The notes: a model not told the origin generated them from the sequence alone. 64,000 bases of DNA from an uncultured Paludibacter sp. (GCA_937897985.1 CALCBD010000018.1:159119-223118); one strand, 5' to 3'. Counted from the first letter of the stretch, positions 37,384-47,491 are shown. Numbers and translations: made by a program.

Positions 37384-38892
37384 ATGAAACAAACATTACA
37401 ACTTGTACTTATTGCACTGATTTGCTTTTTACAAATTCAAAATGTGACAGCGCAACTTACTCCGAAAAGTTTAGGAACTCCGGTTTACAACGGACAGGGA
37501 AACCCCGCTACAGCTAAATTTATTCAGTTAAACACCATTAAAGACAGTGTTACCTATACACAAAAAGCCGAAGGATTTAATGTCGTCACAAAGGGTGCAC
37601 AATGGATTCCTGTCACCTGGTATGCAACTTCCGACTCAGGATTCGTAGCAAACGGGGCATATACTGTCGAGGCAAAAGTTGCCGTTGCAAAATCCATGAA
37701 AAACGGATTTCAGATTGAAATGGAAGGTACGCCCGGCAAACGTTTTAAAATTGACATTGACACAACTGCTGTATACAACATGACCTATTCGCCATCAACA
37801 TCAAAGGAAGTGATTCTGAATAATTTAGATAACCGGGGAATGCATACTTACCGTGTGGCAATTGACAATTCGGATAAAGCGCATATTTATCGCGACGACG
37901 TAAAAATCGGAACTGCTGATGCTGATGGTTTGGTCAGCTCAACTGCTTATTACAAGGATATTGAAGTAATTCAGGAAGATCAGTTTTTCGAGGATTATAT
38001 TACCAGTTTTAATCCGGCTTTCCCTTCTCCGCTGAATTATGCAACTCATGCAACTTTTAAGGGTCAGATGGCAAATTTTGACATTACGTATAGTAACTGG
38101 GCTTATATGGGTATCGACACTGTTAAAGCCAATGTAAAAGCGGGTAAAACATCCATGTGGTTCAATAACGGAACAACAGGTGAATTGAAATTCCTCAAAA
38201 AAGGTCTTTCGGCAGGTAAATACAAACTGAGCTTCTGGTCGAAAACCAAAGCTGCAGGCGAAGCTTACAAAGGCAGCATTAAATATGTCGGCACCGATCC
38301 GGGTGTACCTGCAGGAACAGGTTCCGATCCGGATATTATTTTATTGCCGGCAGCTACTTTAGTACCTGATAACAGAAATTTCAACTATCGTGAATATCCG
38401 TTTGACCTGCCTAAAGATGGTGATGTGCTGATTACTTTCCATAATGGCTGGTCAAATACTCAAAAACCCGGTTGGGCAAATATATGGTTCGACGATTTGC
38501 GCATTGCAAAAGTAGTTCCGCAACCATATCTGCGTTTCGGTAAAGACAATGAAGCGGGTGTAACCGACTTTACACTCGGTTCAGTAACTTACGACATGAC
38601 AGGTGCTTATTCTCCTGCCCCGAATGCCACCAACGAAATCAGAAATTCTATTGCTGATTTGTCAGTATCAAACAACAGCGGTCTGTTGAATGTTAACTAC
38701 ACATTAGAAAACAGTTCCAAAGCTGATATTCAGCTGCTTGATCTGAGCGGACGTATGTTGTATCAGCAAAATATGTCAGCAAATGCAGGTTTAAATACTG
38801 TTTCGATTGCTTCGACGGGTTTGAAAGGAGTTTATTTACTGCGTGTAATTTCGAACGAAACAGCTAAAACTGTAAAGGTGGAAGTTAAATAA
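37384..38892 (+). CDS. T9SS-sorted surface protein, probable glycan-binding protein (LamG/CBM-like folds)
   Basis: Signal peptide, no recognisable catalytic motif, and a C-terminal CTD ...LKGVYLLRVISNETAKTVKVEVK. Occupies the position downstream of susD normally taken by SGBP lipoproteins. Confidence 0.55.
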   Translation: MKQTLQLVLIALICFLQIQNVTAQLTPKSLGTPVYNGQGNPATAKFIQLNTIKDSVTYTQKAEGFNVVTKGAQWIPVTWYATSDSGFVANGAYTVEAKVAVAKSMKNGFQIEMEGTPGKRFKIDIDTTAVYNMTYSPSTSKEVILNNLDNRGMHTYRVAIDNSDKAHIYRDDVKIGTADADGLVSSTAYYKDIEVIQEDQFFEDYITSFNPAFPSPLNYATHATFKGQMANFDITYSNWAYMGIDTVKANVKAGKTSMWFNNGTTGELKFLKKGLSAGKYKLSFWSKTKAAGEAYKGSIKYVGTDPGVPAGTGSDPDIILLPAATLVPDNRNFNYREYPFDLPKDGDVLITFHNGWSNTQKPGWANIWFDDLRIAKVVPQPYLRFGKDNEAGVTDFTLGSVTYDMTGAYSPAPNATNEIRNSIADLSVSNNSGLLNVNYTLENSSKADIQLLDLSGRMLYQQNMSANAGLNTVSIASTGLKGVYLLRVISNETAKTVKVEVK

Positions 38893-38961
38893 TATCCTTT
38901 ACCTGCCCTCAAAAGAGGTTGAAATATCAATATTTAAGTTTTTAAACAGAAAATGTGAGTA

Positions 38962-41691
38962 ATGAGATTTGTTAAAATTAAACGCACTTCCATTAAAACA
39001 GCCCCCGACACCCTCTTTTGTGGGCGGGGGTGCAGTTTTATTTTCTTATTTTGTATAATCTCTGTTTTTTCCTCTGCACAGCAATTATCGTGGACAGGCA
39101 ATGCTGATAAAATATCGTTGTTCAACAGCGCCAACTGGCTCGATGAAGGAACAAAAAGTATTTTTAGCGGAAGTCTGACATCGGATGTTCCCGTAAACCG
39201 GAATGTATACTTTGGTGTGAATGCAACCATCGGAACCGATAAGGAAGTGAAAGGTGTTTTCGATGCCGGAACAGGAAACATAAAATTCAGCAAATCGAAA
39301 ATTCGTACTGATTATGGTGAGGTTTCCGGTTTCAAATCGACGGGCAGCATTTCGCTCGACAGCGCCATTTTACTTACCGGTTTTGTAAATGCACCTCAGA
39401 TAGTTATAAGTGGAAATTCGCAATTGCATTTGTACGAAAGCAATGCCATTGCGGCCGATACAAAAATTGATATTCAGGGTGAGGACGCCTGGGTGTTTTT
39501 TCATTCACTATCGCCACAGGAAGTAATTGATCGTTACGCCAGACAAATAACCATTGATGGCGTGGCATCTATTCCCTCCAGTAATTGCAGAATTACAGAA
39601 TATTACGATGGTGCTGTGGTAATTCCTCACCGTTCTTCCATTAAAGCACTTTACCTCTATTCGGGAGCTAATCTGACAGGAACAAGCAAGTATTTCAGAG
39701 TAAGTTACAGCACGAGCGCTACCGGAAATATCGGAGTGAACGGAACCAATAAAGCTGCGTCGTTTATTCTCAAAAAAGGCTATATGGCCACTATTGCCCA
39801 GAATCAAAACGGCACAGGTGCCAATAAACTATATATTGCCGAAGACAGCGACATTATCGTTAGCGGAAAGATAAACGGGAAAAATGACACTGTAAATTTT
39901 GTCAGGGTTGCACCATGGCGCTGGATAAGTAAAAAAGGAGCCGGCGGTACAATGACTGATTTTAATACCGGATGGTCGTATAACTGGGGGGCATCATTGT
40001 CATCATCAACTGAAAATGAATATGTTCCCATGCAATGGGCAACCTGGAACATCGATACAAATGTTGAAAATCTGAAGACAAAGCCCGATGTGACTCATCT
40101 TTTGGGATTCAACGAACCCGATCATTCAGAGCAGGCAAATATGACTGTTGAACAATGTCTTACGCTATGGCCCAAATTAATGGCAACCGGATTACGTTTA
40201 GGTTCACCTGCAATAACCGACCTCGTTCAGTTGAATGATTTTATGGATAAGGCAATTGCACGTGGCTACCGGGTTGATTATATCTGTCTGCATAGTTACG
40301 AAAAGCGCACGGGTGATAATTACGTAAATACAATTTACAAACCCCTGTATGATAAATATAAAATTCCGCTATGGATTACCGAATTTGCATACGGTGCACC
40401 ATGGAACACCACCACAAGCGACAATATGCTCAGCTATAATAACGGAAATAAAGATTTTATACGCAAGATGGATGCTGCACCTTTCGTTGAGCGCTATGCG
40501 CTTTTTGCATGGTCAAACCCGGTATTATCCACTGATTCTCTGTTTTACTCTTACGAAAAATTGGTGGGTTCACCTGTTGGATCAATTTCAAAATCGGTAC
40601 TCTCGCCCAGAGGAATTTTTTATCGCGATTTCGAAAGTCTTCCATCCAGGGGCAATCCGTTGATTTACAGGGCGAAAATCTCTAAGGCCAAACGTGAATT
40701 AGCCGATTTGGCACTTGCAGCCGAATATGATAATAAATGTTACAGTTTTATTTCGCGAAATAACGATGGTACTTCCCGACGTAAGATTCAGATATCTGTC
40801 AGTTCATCCAAATTAAATACAGCTTATATCGGCGGAGATGGTACGGCAACTGCATCGTCAACCGAATCGTTTTTATTTGTAAAAGCCGGTGAAAACAAAT
40901 ACCGCCTGAAGGTGAATAACAATTGCCTTTTTCTGAGTGTTCGCAACGACTCGGTTGTAGTTGAAGCCGAAAGTACTGCAAATAAGCAAATATGGGAAAT
41001 TGTACCTGTCACCGGAACTGTATATGTGGCGCTCAGAAATGTTGGTACAGGTAAGTTCATAAATCCTTTAAACAACAGTATGGCTATTGCAACCCTGATA
41101 TCTACCATCAATTCGGACGATATAAGTGCAGTACGAACAGCTCAATGGCAAATTACGTCATCAACGGTTTGCAATTGTACCGATCCTTCGCTTGGTGTTT
41201 TCGATATGAAAGTGTATCCGCTGACAGGAAATGCACCTCTTACTGTTAAAATGAGTGGTGCCTCACTTACCAAAGAAAACAGGGATGCATTTTACCGCTG
41301 GTATGTTTTTCAGGGAGCAGATACCCTGGTTTCTACTTATTATAGTCAGGAATATACCTATACAAATCCCGGAACTTACCGGATTCAGGTTCGGGGCAGG
41401 GATTATGTTTCGCGCAATACCACCAAAGAATTCACAGTGACTGTAAATTCTCCGGCCGGTTTAAAAAATACAACGGGTGCTGAGGTGAGCGTTTTCCCAA
41501 ATCCTGTACAGGGTGATCTGAATATCTCCGGTATTGCTCAGGGTGAGGAAATAACAATTTATAATGTTCAGGGTAAACAGGTTTTGCATCAGGTTTATAA
41601 CGGTAAAAGTATCAGTACATTTAATTTACCGTCCGGATTTTATCTTCTCAGGTGCAATGGATATAACCCGGTAAAGCTTTTGAAAAACTAA
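38962..41691 (+). CDS. Multidomain GH128-like (Glyco_hydro_cc) beta-glucanase: N-terminal beta-helix-like module, catalytic domain, ricin-type lectin, PKD and T9SS CTD
   Basis: PF11790-type blocks WSYNWGA, EYVPMQW, LLGFNEPD (acid/base), LGSPA, PLWITEFA (nucleophile). QxW motifs (KQIWEI, TAQWQI). PKD-like GTYRIQVRGRD. CTD VSVFPNPVQGDLNI...SGFYLLRCNGYNPVKLLKN. Confidence 0.75.
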   Translation: MRFVKIKRTSIKTAPDTLFCGRGCSFIFLFCIISVFSSAQQLSWTGNADKISLFNSANWLDEGTKSIFSGSLTSDVPVNRNVYFGVNATIGTDKEVKGVFDAGTGNIKFSKSKIRTDYGEVSGFKSTGSISLDSAILLTGFVNAPQIVISGNSQLHLYESNAIAADTKIDIQGEDAWVFFHSLSPQEVIDRYARQITIDGVASIPSSNCRITEYYDGAVVIPHRSSIKALYLYSGANLTGTSKYFRVSYSTSATGNIGVNGTNKAASFILKKGYMATIAQNQNGTGANKLYIAEDSDIIVSGKINGKNDTVNFVRVAPWRWISKKGAGGTMTDFNTGWSYNWGASLSSSTENEYVPMQWATWNIDTNVENLKTKPDVTHLLGFNEPDHSEQANMTVEQCLTLWPKLMATGLRLGSPAITDLVQLNDFMDKAIARGYRVDYICLHSYEKRTGDNYVNTIYKPLYDKYKIPLWITEFAYGAPWNTTTSDNMLSYNNGNKDFIRKMDAAPFVERYALFAWSNPVLSTDSLFYSYEKLVGSPVGSISKSVLSPRGIFYRDFESLPSRGNPLIYRAKISKAKRELADLALAAEYDNKCYSFISRNNDGTSRRKIQISVSSSKLNTAYIGGDGTATASSTESFLFVKAGENKYRLKVNNNCLFLSVRNDSVVVEAESTANKQIWEIVPVTGTVYVALRNVGTGKFINPLNNSMAIATLISTINSDDISAVRTAQWQITSSTVCNCTDPSLGVFDMKVYPLTGNAPLTVKMSGASLTKENRDAFYRWYVFQGADTLVSTYYSQEYTYTNPGTYRIQVRGRDYVSRNTTKEFTVTVNSPAGLKNTTGAEVSVFPNPVQGDLNISGIAQGEEITIYNVQGKQVLHQVYNGKSISTFNLPSGFYLLRCNGYNPVKLLKN
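39002..39052 (+). other. GC-rich hairpin plus T-tract embedded in the signal-peptide codons of the GH128-like gene
   Basis: CCCCCG ACA CCC tcttttgt GGG C GGGGG (39002..39030), followed by GCAGTTTTATTTTCTTATTTT. Terminator-like, 110 nt after the stop of the 37384 gene. Confidence 0.3.
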
Positions 41692-41813
41692 AAATATGTT
41701 TTGGTCAAATCATCCTCCTTTTTGAATGATGATTCGACCTTCATTTCAACTTTCGATTATACCTTTACCGAACAAAACAGTACAATTAATCTTCAATCAA
41801 AAATTCAGAATTT

Positions 41814-42548
41814 ATGAAAAAAAAATTACAACTTTTATTATTTTTGTCAGTGCTGTTTATCCCTGTTATCAATGCACAAACAGTGATTTTCGCTGATAAT
41901 TTTGATAGTTATACCGTGGGAGCTTCGGTTACTACACTGGGTTATACAGTATGGGAAACAGGTGCTTATATAAAGGCAGATGTTCCGGGCAATAGCGGTG
42001 CAAATTATATCAATATGGCAGGTACTGCGGCAAAAAGTAATTATGTCAGAAAAACAGTTGCTGTTACTGCAGGTCATAATTATACTTTCAGCGCATTTAC
42101 CATGACACCTGCTACCAAGAATCATGCTATCGGTTACAAACTGGTTTCAGGAGCCAGCACAAACTCGGCGTTATTTACCAACAATACCTGGACTGAACAC
42201 AGCATTTCATTTACGGCTGTTAATTCCGAAAATGTTGACTTATTTATTTACATTTATGGTGCAAATACCGTAAATTCCGACGATTGGAAACTGATTGACA
42301 ATTCTGTATCCACAGCTACACAAAATACATCTTCTGCTTCTGTTCAGCTTACCAGGTCCGGTTTAAATCAGTTTTCAGTCAGTGGATGTGAAGTGAATAG
42401 CTGTTTGTTGTATGACATCAACGGAAGATTGCTTCAGACTGCATACAAAAACCGCTTTGATGTCGGGAATGCCTGCGGTAAAGGTGTTTATATAGCTAAA
42501 ATAACTGATAAATCAGGCTTGGTTTATCATCGTAAATTTATATTTTAG
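41814..42548 (+). CDS. Small T9SS-sorted carbohydrate-binding-module (CBM4/9-like) protein
   Basis: Signal peptide. FADNFDSYTVG...NTWTEHSISFTA...DDWKLID jelly-roll pattern. CTD ...GKGVYIAKITDKSGLVYHRKFIF. Confidence 0.55.
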   Translation: MKKKLQLLLFLSVLFIPVINAQTVIFADNFDSYTVGASVTTLGYTVWETGAYIKADVPGNSGANYINMAGTAAKSNYVRKTVAVTAGHNYTFSAFTMTPATKNHAIGYKLVSGASTNSALFTNNTWTEHSISFTAVNSENVDLFIYIYGANTVNSDDWKLIDNSVSTATQNTSSASVQLTRSGLNQFSVSGCEVNSCLLYDINGRLLQTAYKNRFDVGNACGKGVYIAKITDKSGLVYHRKFIF

Positions 42549-42610
42549 TTTTTTGGGTTGCTCTGGTTGGTTGTTAAATGAATCACTTTTTCAATCAGAA
42601 ATTTTTATTC

Positions 42611-42652
42611 AGCCGGTTATTCAGTTTAGAATAGCCGGCTATTGATTTTTTT
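42611..42652 (+). terminator. Rho-independent terminator after the CBM gene
   Basis: AGCCGGTTAT (42611..42620) / ATAGCCGGCT (42631..42640): 10-bp stem with one G-U pair and a 10-nt loop, then ATTGATTTTTTT. Confidence 0.6.
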
Positions 42653-43079
42653 ATCCTGATTTCAGATGACAGCTTTGCTGAAAACTTGTATATATTGTGA
42701 ACCGGAAGTTGATGTTGTTTTTTGTTTCTGTTGATCTGAATAAGATTTCAGTGATATGCCCGTGAATGATTGAATGATACAACTCAGTAACGATATTCCG
42801 GTAATGTCTGATTGTTTTAATTCTATGATTCTTATGGATATAACGTTTTTCAAAAAATAATAATTAACTATTCAAAAGAATCTCAACATCAGATTCCTGA
42901 GATTTGGAGGTATTGGTCGTGATTTCTAATTGTGCTACAAAATCAAATCGTCCGGAAAGGACGTCGGAGGTAATTCATCACATCTCATGATTCACTTATT
43001 AAATACTTATGTTCCGTTTTTACATTTTTAAAACAGATGTATTTAATTTTCCTGATTGTGTAAGTTGAAAGCTTTTAAA

Positions 43080-43087
43080 TATCTTTG
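43080..43087 (+). promoter_or_regulatory. Putative -7 promoter box (TATCTTTG) for the GH16-GH29 pair
   Basis: Exact TAnnTTTG 34 nt upstream of ATG 43121. TTG at 43056..43058 gives a 21-nt spacer. Confidence 0.45.
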
Positions 43088-43120
43088 TATCCATACTTTA
43101 AATTTTTAATAAGATATTTC

Positions 43121-43981
43121 ATGAAAAAATCCCTTTTGCTGGTGTTTTTGTGTCTTTCAGAAATTACTTTTGCACTTCATCCCTATAAACCGGCCGTAAA
43201 AGTTCCACAGAAAGTGGACGGGAAAAAATTAGTTTTCAGTGAAGAATTTAACTATAAAGGAAAACCGGATACCACTATCTGGAATTTCGAGCAGGGATTT
43301 AAGCGCAATCACGAGTTGCAGTGGTACCAGAGCGATAATGCCAGTTGCATTGATGGCAGGTTAATTATCGAAGGCAGGAAAGAGAATTTTCCCAATCCGG
43401 ATTTTGTTGCCGGAAGCAAAGACTGGCGAAAAAACAGGGAGCTGGTAAATTTTACTTCTTCGTCCATTACCACTGCCGGCAAAAAATCATGGTTATATGG
43501 CAGGTTCGAGGTACGTGCCCGCATTGATACTACAATGGGTTCGTGGCCTGCAGTGTGGTTGCTTGGTTCGGGTAGTGAGTGGCCATCGTGCGGCGAAATT
43601 GATATGATGGAATTTTATCGTTACAACAACCAATCGACAATTATGGCTAATGTTGGTTGGGGAAGTAAAGTTCGCTACAAACCTGTATGGAATAATTTCA
43701 GAATACCATTAACAGATTTGCTGAGGAAAGATAAAAACTGGGTAAAAAAATATCATGTGTGGCGAATGGACCGGACACCTGCCGAAATCAGACTTTTTGT
43801 GGACGATGTTCTCTATAACACAACCAGTCTCAGCGAAACAATAAATGCCGATGGCTCTAATCCCTTTACAAAACCCATGTATCTGATTCTGAATCTGGCC
43901 CTGGGGTCAAACGGTGGAACACCCGATGTTACAAAATTTCCCCTTATCTTCGAAATTGACTATGTACGTGTATATCAATAA
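43121..43981 (+). CDS. GH16 beta-glucanase (laminarinase-type)
   Basis: Signal peptide from Met 43121 (the ORF track uses TTG 43085). GRFEVRARI, GSWPAVWLLG and catalytic GEIDMMEF (ExDxxE). Confidence 0.9.
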   Translation: MKKSLLLVFLCLSEITFALHPYKPAVKVPQKVDGKKLVFSEEFNYKGKPDTTIWNFEQGFKRNHELQWYQSDNASCIDGRLIIEGRKENFPNPDFVAGSKDWRKNRELVNFTSSSITTAGKKSWLYGRFEVRARIDTTMGSWPAVWLLGSGSEWPSCGEIDMMEFYRYNNQSTIMANVGWGSKVRYKPVWNNFRIPLTDLLRKDKNWVKKYHVWRMDRTPAEIRLFVDDVLYNTTSLSETINADGSNPFTKPMYLILNLALGSNGGTPDVTKFPLIFEIDYVRVYQ

Positions 43982-43993
43982 AATAATTTTTTA

Positions 43994-45481
43994 ATGAAAG
44001 GATTAAAACTGATTTTGACCGGAGTCATCGCAGGACTTCAGCTTGCCAGTGCTCAAATCATAACGCCATCCGATAAACCTGACAAAACTCAGAAATTGTT
44101 GATTGAACGCGGATATGGTATGTTTATTCATTTTGGGGTAAATACTTTTACAAATCTCGAATGGTCGGATGGTAAAACGCCGGCATCAATGTTCAATCCT
44201 TCAAATCCCGATTGCGACCAATGGGTGAGGGTAGCTAAAGATGCTGGTTTCCGGTACGTGCTTCTGATAACCAAACATCATGATGGTTTTTGTTTGTGGG
44301 ACAGTAAATACACCGACTACGATGTGGCTTCATCGCCTGTAAAAACGGATGTGGTAGCTGCAGTTTCGAAAGCCTGTAAAAAATACGGTTTGCAGTTCGG
44401 AGTGTATTATTCTCTTTGGGACAGGCATGAACCTTCGTACAGAGACCCTGACAAATCGAAATATGTGGATTATATGATCAATCAGCTCACCGAGCTGCTG
44501 ACAAACTACGGACCTGTATGTGAACTGTGGTTCGATGGTGGCTGGGACCGCAAAGTAGCCGACTGGGAACTGGACCGGTTGTATCAGCATGTTAAAAAGT
44601 TACAACCCTATTGCGCCGTGGGAGTCAATCATACTATAGCCATAGAACCCGGAAGCCGGAAATTTGCTTTGCCGGACTCAATGATAACGGATAATAAATA
44701 TACTTTTCAATATTTTCCGGGCGATTTTCGCCTGTGGGATCCGAAAATTGCACATAAAGCGGATAAAAAACAGTATCTTCACAACGGTGAATCGTATTAT
44801 ATGCCCTTCGAACACACTATTTGTCTGAGTAACCGGTGGAACTGGTTTCAAAAAAAGGAACTTATACCGGCAAGAGATTTGGATGAATTAGAGGAATTAT
44901 TTTATTGGTGCACAGATAACGACAATACTTTAGTCATTAATGTTCCGCCGGACCAAACCGGTCGGATTCGTGAACACGAGGCAAACGCAGTGATTGCATT
45001 GGGCAGACGACTGGGCATAAAAAAGAACAGATCCCTGCCCCGTAACGGAAAATTTATCTCTACAGGAGTCCCCGCTGTTGCTTCTTCTGTTTTGAATAAT
45101 GACAATTTAAAGTTCGGAGCAAAGTTAGCCATCGATGGTGGAATGCAGACCCGCTGGGCTGCAGCCGATACGCTGGCGACGCTCGAAATTACTTTGGACG
45201 AAAAACTGCCTTTTAATAAAATCTCCGTTTTTGAATATCCCGACATTATTCAATCAAAAGATCAGTTTTCTACTTACCGTACTAATCGGATACAGTCTTA
45301 TTGTATTGATATATTGCATGATAATGCATGGAAAACAATTTACATGAGCGAAATGCCGATGGGCGACTGCAAAGTCATTCACTTTCCGAAAACGTACAAA
45401 ACCAAAAAACTCAGGTTCAGAGTACTTAAAGCCACGGCTCCGCCATCCATTACAGAGTTGAATATAATATACAAAAAATGA
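43994..45481 (+). CDS. GH29 alpha-L-fucosidase with C-terminal F5/8 type C (discoidin-like) domain
   Basis: GMFIHFGVNTF, KHHDGFCLWDSKYTDYD, ELWFDGGW. C-terminal AIDGGMQTRWAA. Confidence 0.9.
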   Translation: MKGLKLILTGVIAGLQLASAQIITPSDKPDKTQKLLIERGYGMFIHFGVNTFTNLEWSDGKTPASMFNPSNPDCDQWVRVAKDAGFRYVLLITKHHDGFCLWDSKYTDYDVASSPVKTDVVAAVSKACKKYGLQFGVYYSLWDRHEPSYRDPDKSKYVDYMINQLTELLTNYGPVCELWFDGGWDRKVADWELDRLYQHVKKLQPYCAVGVNHTIAIEPGSRKFALPDSMITDNKYTFQYFPGDFRLWDPKIAHKADKKQYLHNGESYYMPFEHTICLSNRWNWFQKKELIPARDLDELEELFYWCTDNDNTLVINVPPDQTGRIREHEANAVIALGRRLGIKKNRSLPRNGKFISTGVPAVASSVLNNDNLKFGAKLAIDGGMQTRWAAADTLATLEITLDEKLPFNKISVFEYPDIIQSKDQFSTYRTNRIQSYCIDILHDNAWKTIYMSEMPMGDCKVIHFPKTYKTKKLRFRVLKATAPPSITELNIIYKK

Positions 45482-45494
45482 AAAAAAGTACCGG

Positions 45495-47324
45495 TTATTT
45501 TTGTTGTTCTATTAAATGAAGGTATTCATTCAGATAGAATTTATATACATCACGCGGGTTAACTTTGTGTTTTTTGCAAACTGCAGCAGCTATACCCACT
45601 GCAGCTCCCATTTGACCGTTAGTATTCATTACACGTGGTCCTCCCAGACCGGTGTGTGAACAGCTGAAATTACGTCCGGCCATGAATAAATTGCTGATAT
45701 TCCGTGAATATAATGAACGGTAAGGGATGCTGTACATACCGGCTTTATAAAATATAGCCTCCGATATAAAATCCGGCATCTCTTTGTCACGAAGGTTTTC
45801 CTGATAATGCACATCCACAGCGCGTGTTTCAAATACGACAGCATCTTCAAATGGTGTTGAATGCCGAATGTCGTTGAAAGTATAAATATAATCGCCTGTC
45901 AACCGACGTGACTCACGTTTACCCAGCTGATATGCCACCCATTTTAACTGCAGACTGTCTCTGTCCTGAGCATTACTAAAATTGTACGGTACTATTTTTC
46001 CGTTTACAATCATTTTAGTTTGTTCGGTAGGATGTTTATAGTTATAGAACGAACCGTATATTGCCCTGAAAAAATGATCGCGAATTGTTTCGGCATCTTC
46101 AATCTGATTCAGGTCATTTTTTGAATACTCCCACTGCCATTCTCCATTTTTAAAGGCAAAGTTTTTAGCCACATCCATTGCCCATGGCACCCGGGGGAAA
46201 TCAGCAACAGCACCTGAATTTTCCGAATTCCACAAAAGCGAAGATCCCATTACAACACTATCTTCCTTTTCAGGGCTCCAAAGCCAACCATATTTATCCA
46301 GTTCTTCGTTGTATTTCGAAGCCGGTTCACGACCGTAATTATAATCAGCGCCGGCCCGATAACCTATCCAGCCATCTCCTGTACAATCCACAAAAAGCGG
46401 AGCTTCAAAGCGGATTATTTTTCCTGTGGATATATGTTTTGCATCTACCGAGCTGATTTTATGCTTTCTCGTTTTTACTTCAAAAGCTCTGTAATTCAAA
46501 AATAAACTCAGATTCTGAATTTTCATCATATTATCCATGCGTTTCTTCTGATCATTTTCAGCTTTCGCTGATCCGTTAGGATAATGTTCTGTATCAATTA
46601 GTTTAAGAATCCGGTCGAACTTGCCATGTATGCCCAGTGTGTGAACTCTTACTTCTGAACTGGCATTGCCGCCCAACAACGGACGGTCGTGAACAAGAGC
46701 GACTTTCATTCCCTGCCCGGCAGCAGCAATGGCTGCAGAACAACCGGCTATGCCACCACCAACTATTACCAGATCAAACTTTTGCAATTGAGGTTTGATG
46801 CCATTTTTAACATCTTCCTGTTTTTGTCGGACTTTTAATTCAGATAAAGTAAGCGGTAATTTTTCATCTTTGTTTCTACTTATGCATATAGCATCACATC
46901 GTCCTTCAAAGCCTGTCAAATCATGAACTGTAAGTTCTTTTTCACCTTCGAAGAGGCTGATTTCTCCCGCATATTCCCAGTTCCAGCCTGTGTTTGTGCC
47001 CAATTCATTACTCAGTTGTTTACCATCAATCAACAGCAAAAAACGCCCCGGAGCTGCATGGTTGCCGGGTACCCAGTTTTTGGTACGAGCCCAGACAAAA
47101 TACTTTCCCGTTTTTTTTATATTTATTCGTGTTGTAGCATCCTTAACAGGAATTCCCATACCGTGAGCCAGTAAATATGGTGAGCCCATCTGATCCGCAA
47201 ACTGCTGGTCAATCACCCAGCCTCCGGGATTAGAAAAGCTTTCGGCTTCAATAAATACAGATTGTGCATATACGTTAATAAAACCGGGGAAAAAAAACAG
47301 AAAGATGAAAAGCAGCTTATTCAT
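45495..47324 (-). CDS. Exported FAD-dependent oxidoreductase with N-terminal lectin-like module
   Basis: Signal peptide MNKLLFIFLFFFPGFINVYAQ. N-terminal module of about 170 aa (IEAESFSNPGGWVIDQQF...). Dinucleotide fold DLVIVGGGIAGCSAAIAAAGQGMKVALVHDRPLLGGNASSE. Confidence 0.85.
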   Translation of the reverse strand: MNKLLFIFLFFFPGFINVYAQSVFIEAESFSNPGGWVIDQQFADQMGSPYLLAHGMGIPVKDATTRINIKKTGKYFVWARTKNWVPGNHAAPGRFLLLIDGKQLSNELGTNTGWNWEYAGEISLFEGEKELTVHDLTGFEGRCDAICISRNKDEKLPLTLSELKVRQKQEDVKNGIKPQLQKFDLVIVGGGIAGCSAAIAAAGQGMKVALVHDRPLLGGNASSEVRVHTLGIHGKFDRILKLIDTEHYPNGSAKAENDQKKRMDNMMKIQNLSLFLNYRAFEVKTRKHKISSVDAKHISTGKIIRFEAPLFVDCTGDGWIGYRAGADYNYGREPASKYNEELDKYGWLWSPEKEDSVVMGSSLLWNSENSGAVADFPRVPWAMDVAKNFAFKNGEWQWEYSKNDLNQIEDAETIRDHFFRAIYGSFYNYKHPTEQTKMIVNGKIVPYNFSNAQDRDSLQLKWVAYQLGKRESRRLTGDYIYTFNDIRHSTPFEDAVVFETRAVDVHYQENLRDKEMPDFISEAIFYKAGMYSIPYRSLYSRNISNLFMAGRNFSCSHTGLGGPRVMNTNGQMGAAVGIAAAVCKKHKVNPRDVYKFYLNEYLHLIEQQK

Positions 47325-47359
47325 TTGATGTGTATTTTGTTTCGTAGAATCCTCTGATG

Positions 47360-47367
47360 CAAAAATA
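47360..47367 (-). promoter_or_regulatory. Putative -7 box (TATTTTTG on the minus strand) of the FAD-oxidoreductase gene
   Basis: Plus-strand CAAAAATA at 47360..47367, 36 nt upstream of the start codon (47324). TTGAACCGG lies on the minus strand at 47405..47397, 38 nt upstream of the box. Confidence 0.4.
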
Positions 47368-47491
47368 ATCTATTATAATGAAAATATTATCCGAAACCGG
47401 TTCAAATTCGTGTGGTAATGTTTCAAAAACAGTAGGATACAGATAATAATTTCTAACTGGCATAAAATATAATCTCTGTATTTAAAATCAG

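Noticed and set aside
42662-42853. 63-aa minus-strand ORF in the 530-bp gap between the CBM gene and GH16
   Set aside because: It has no promoter box, no motif and an odd composition. It overlaps no other signal, so I treat it as non-coding spacer, although the unusually long gap remains unexplained.
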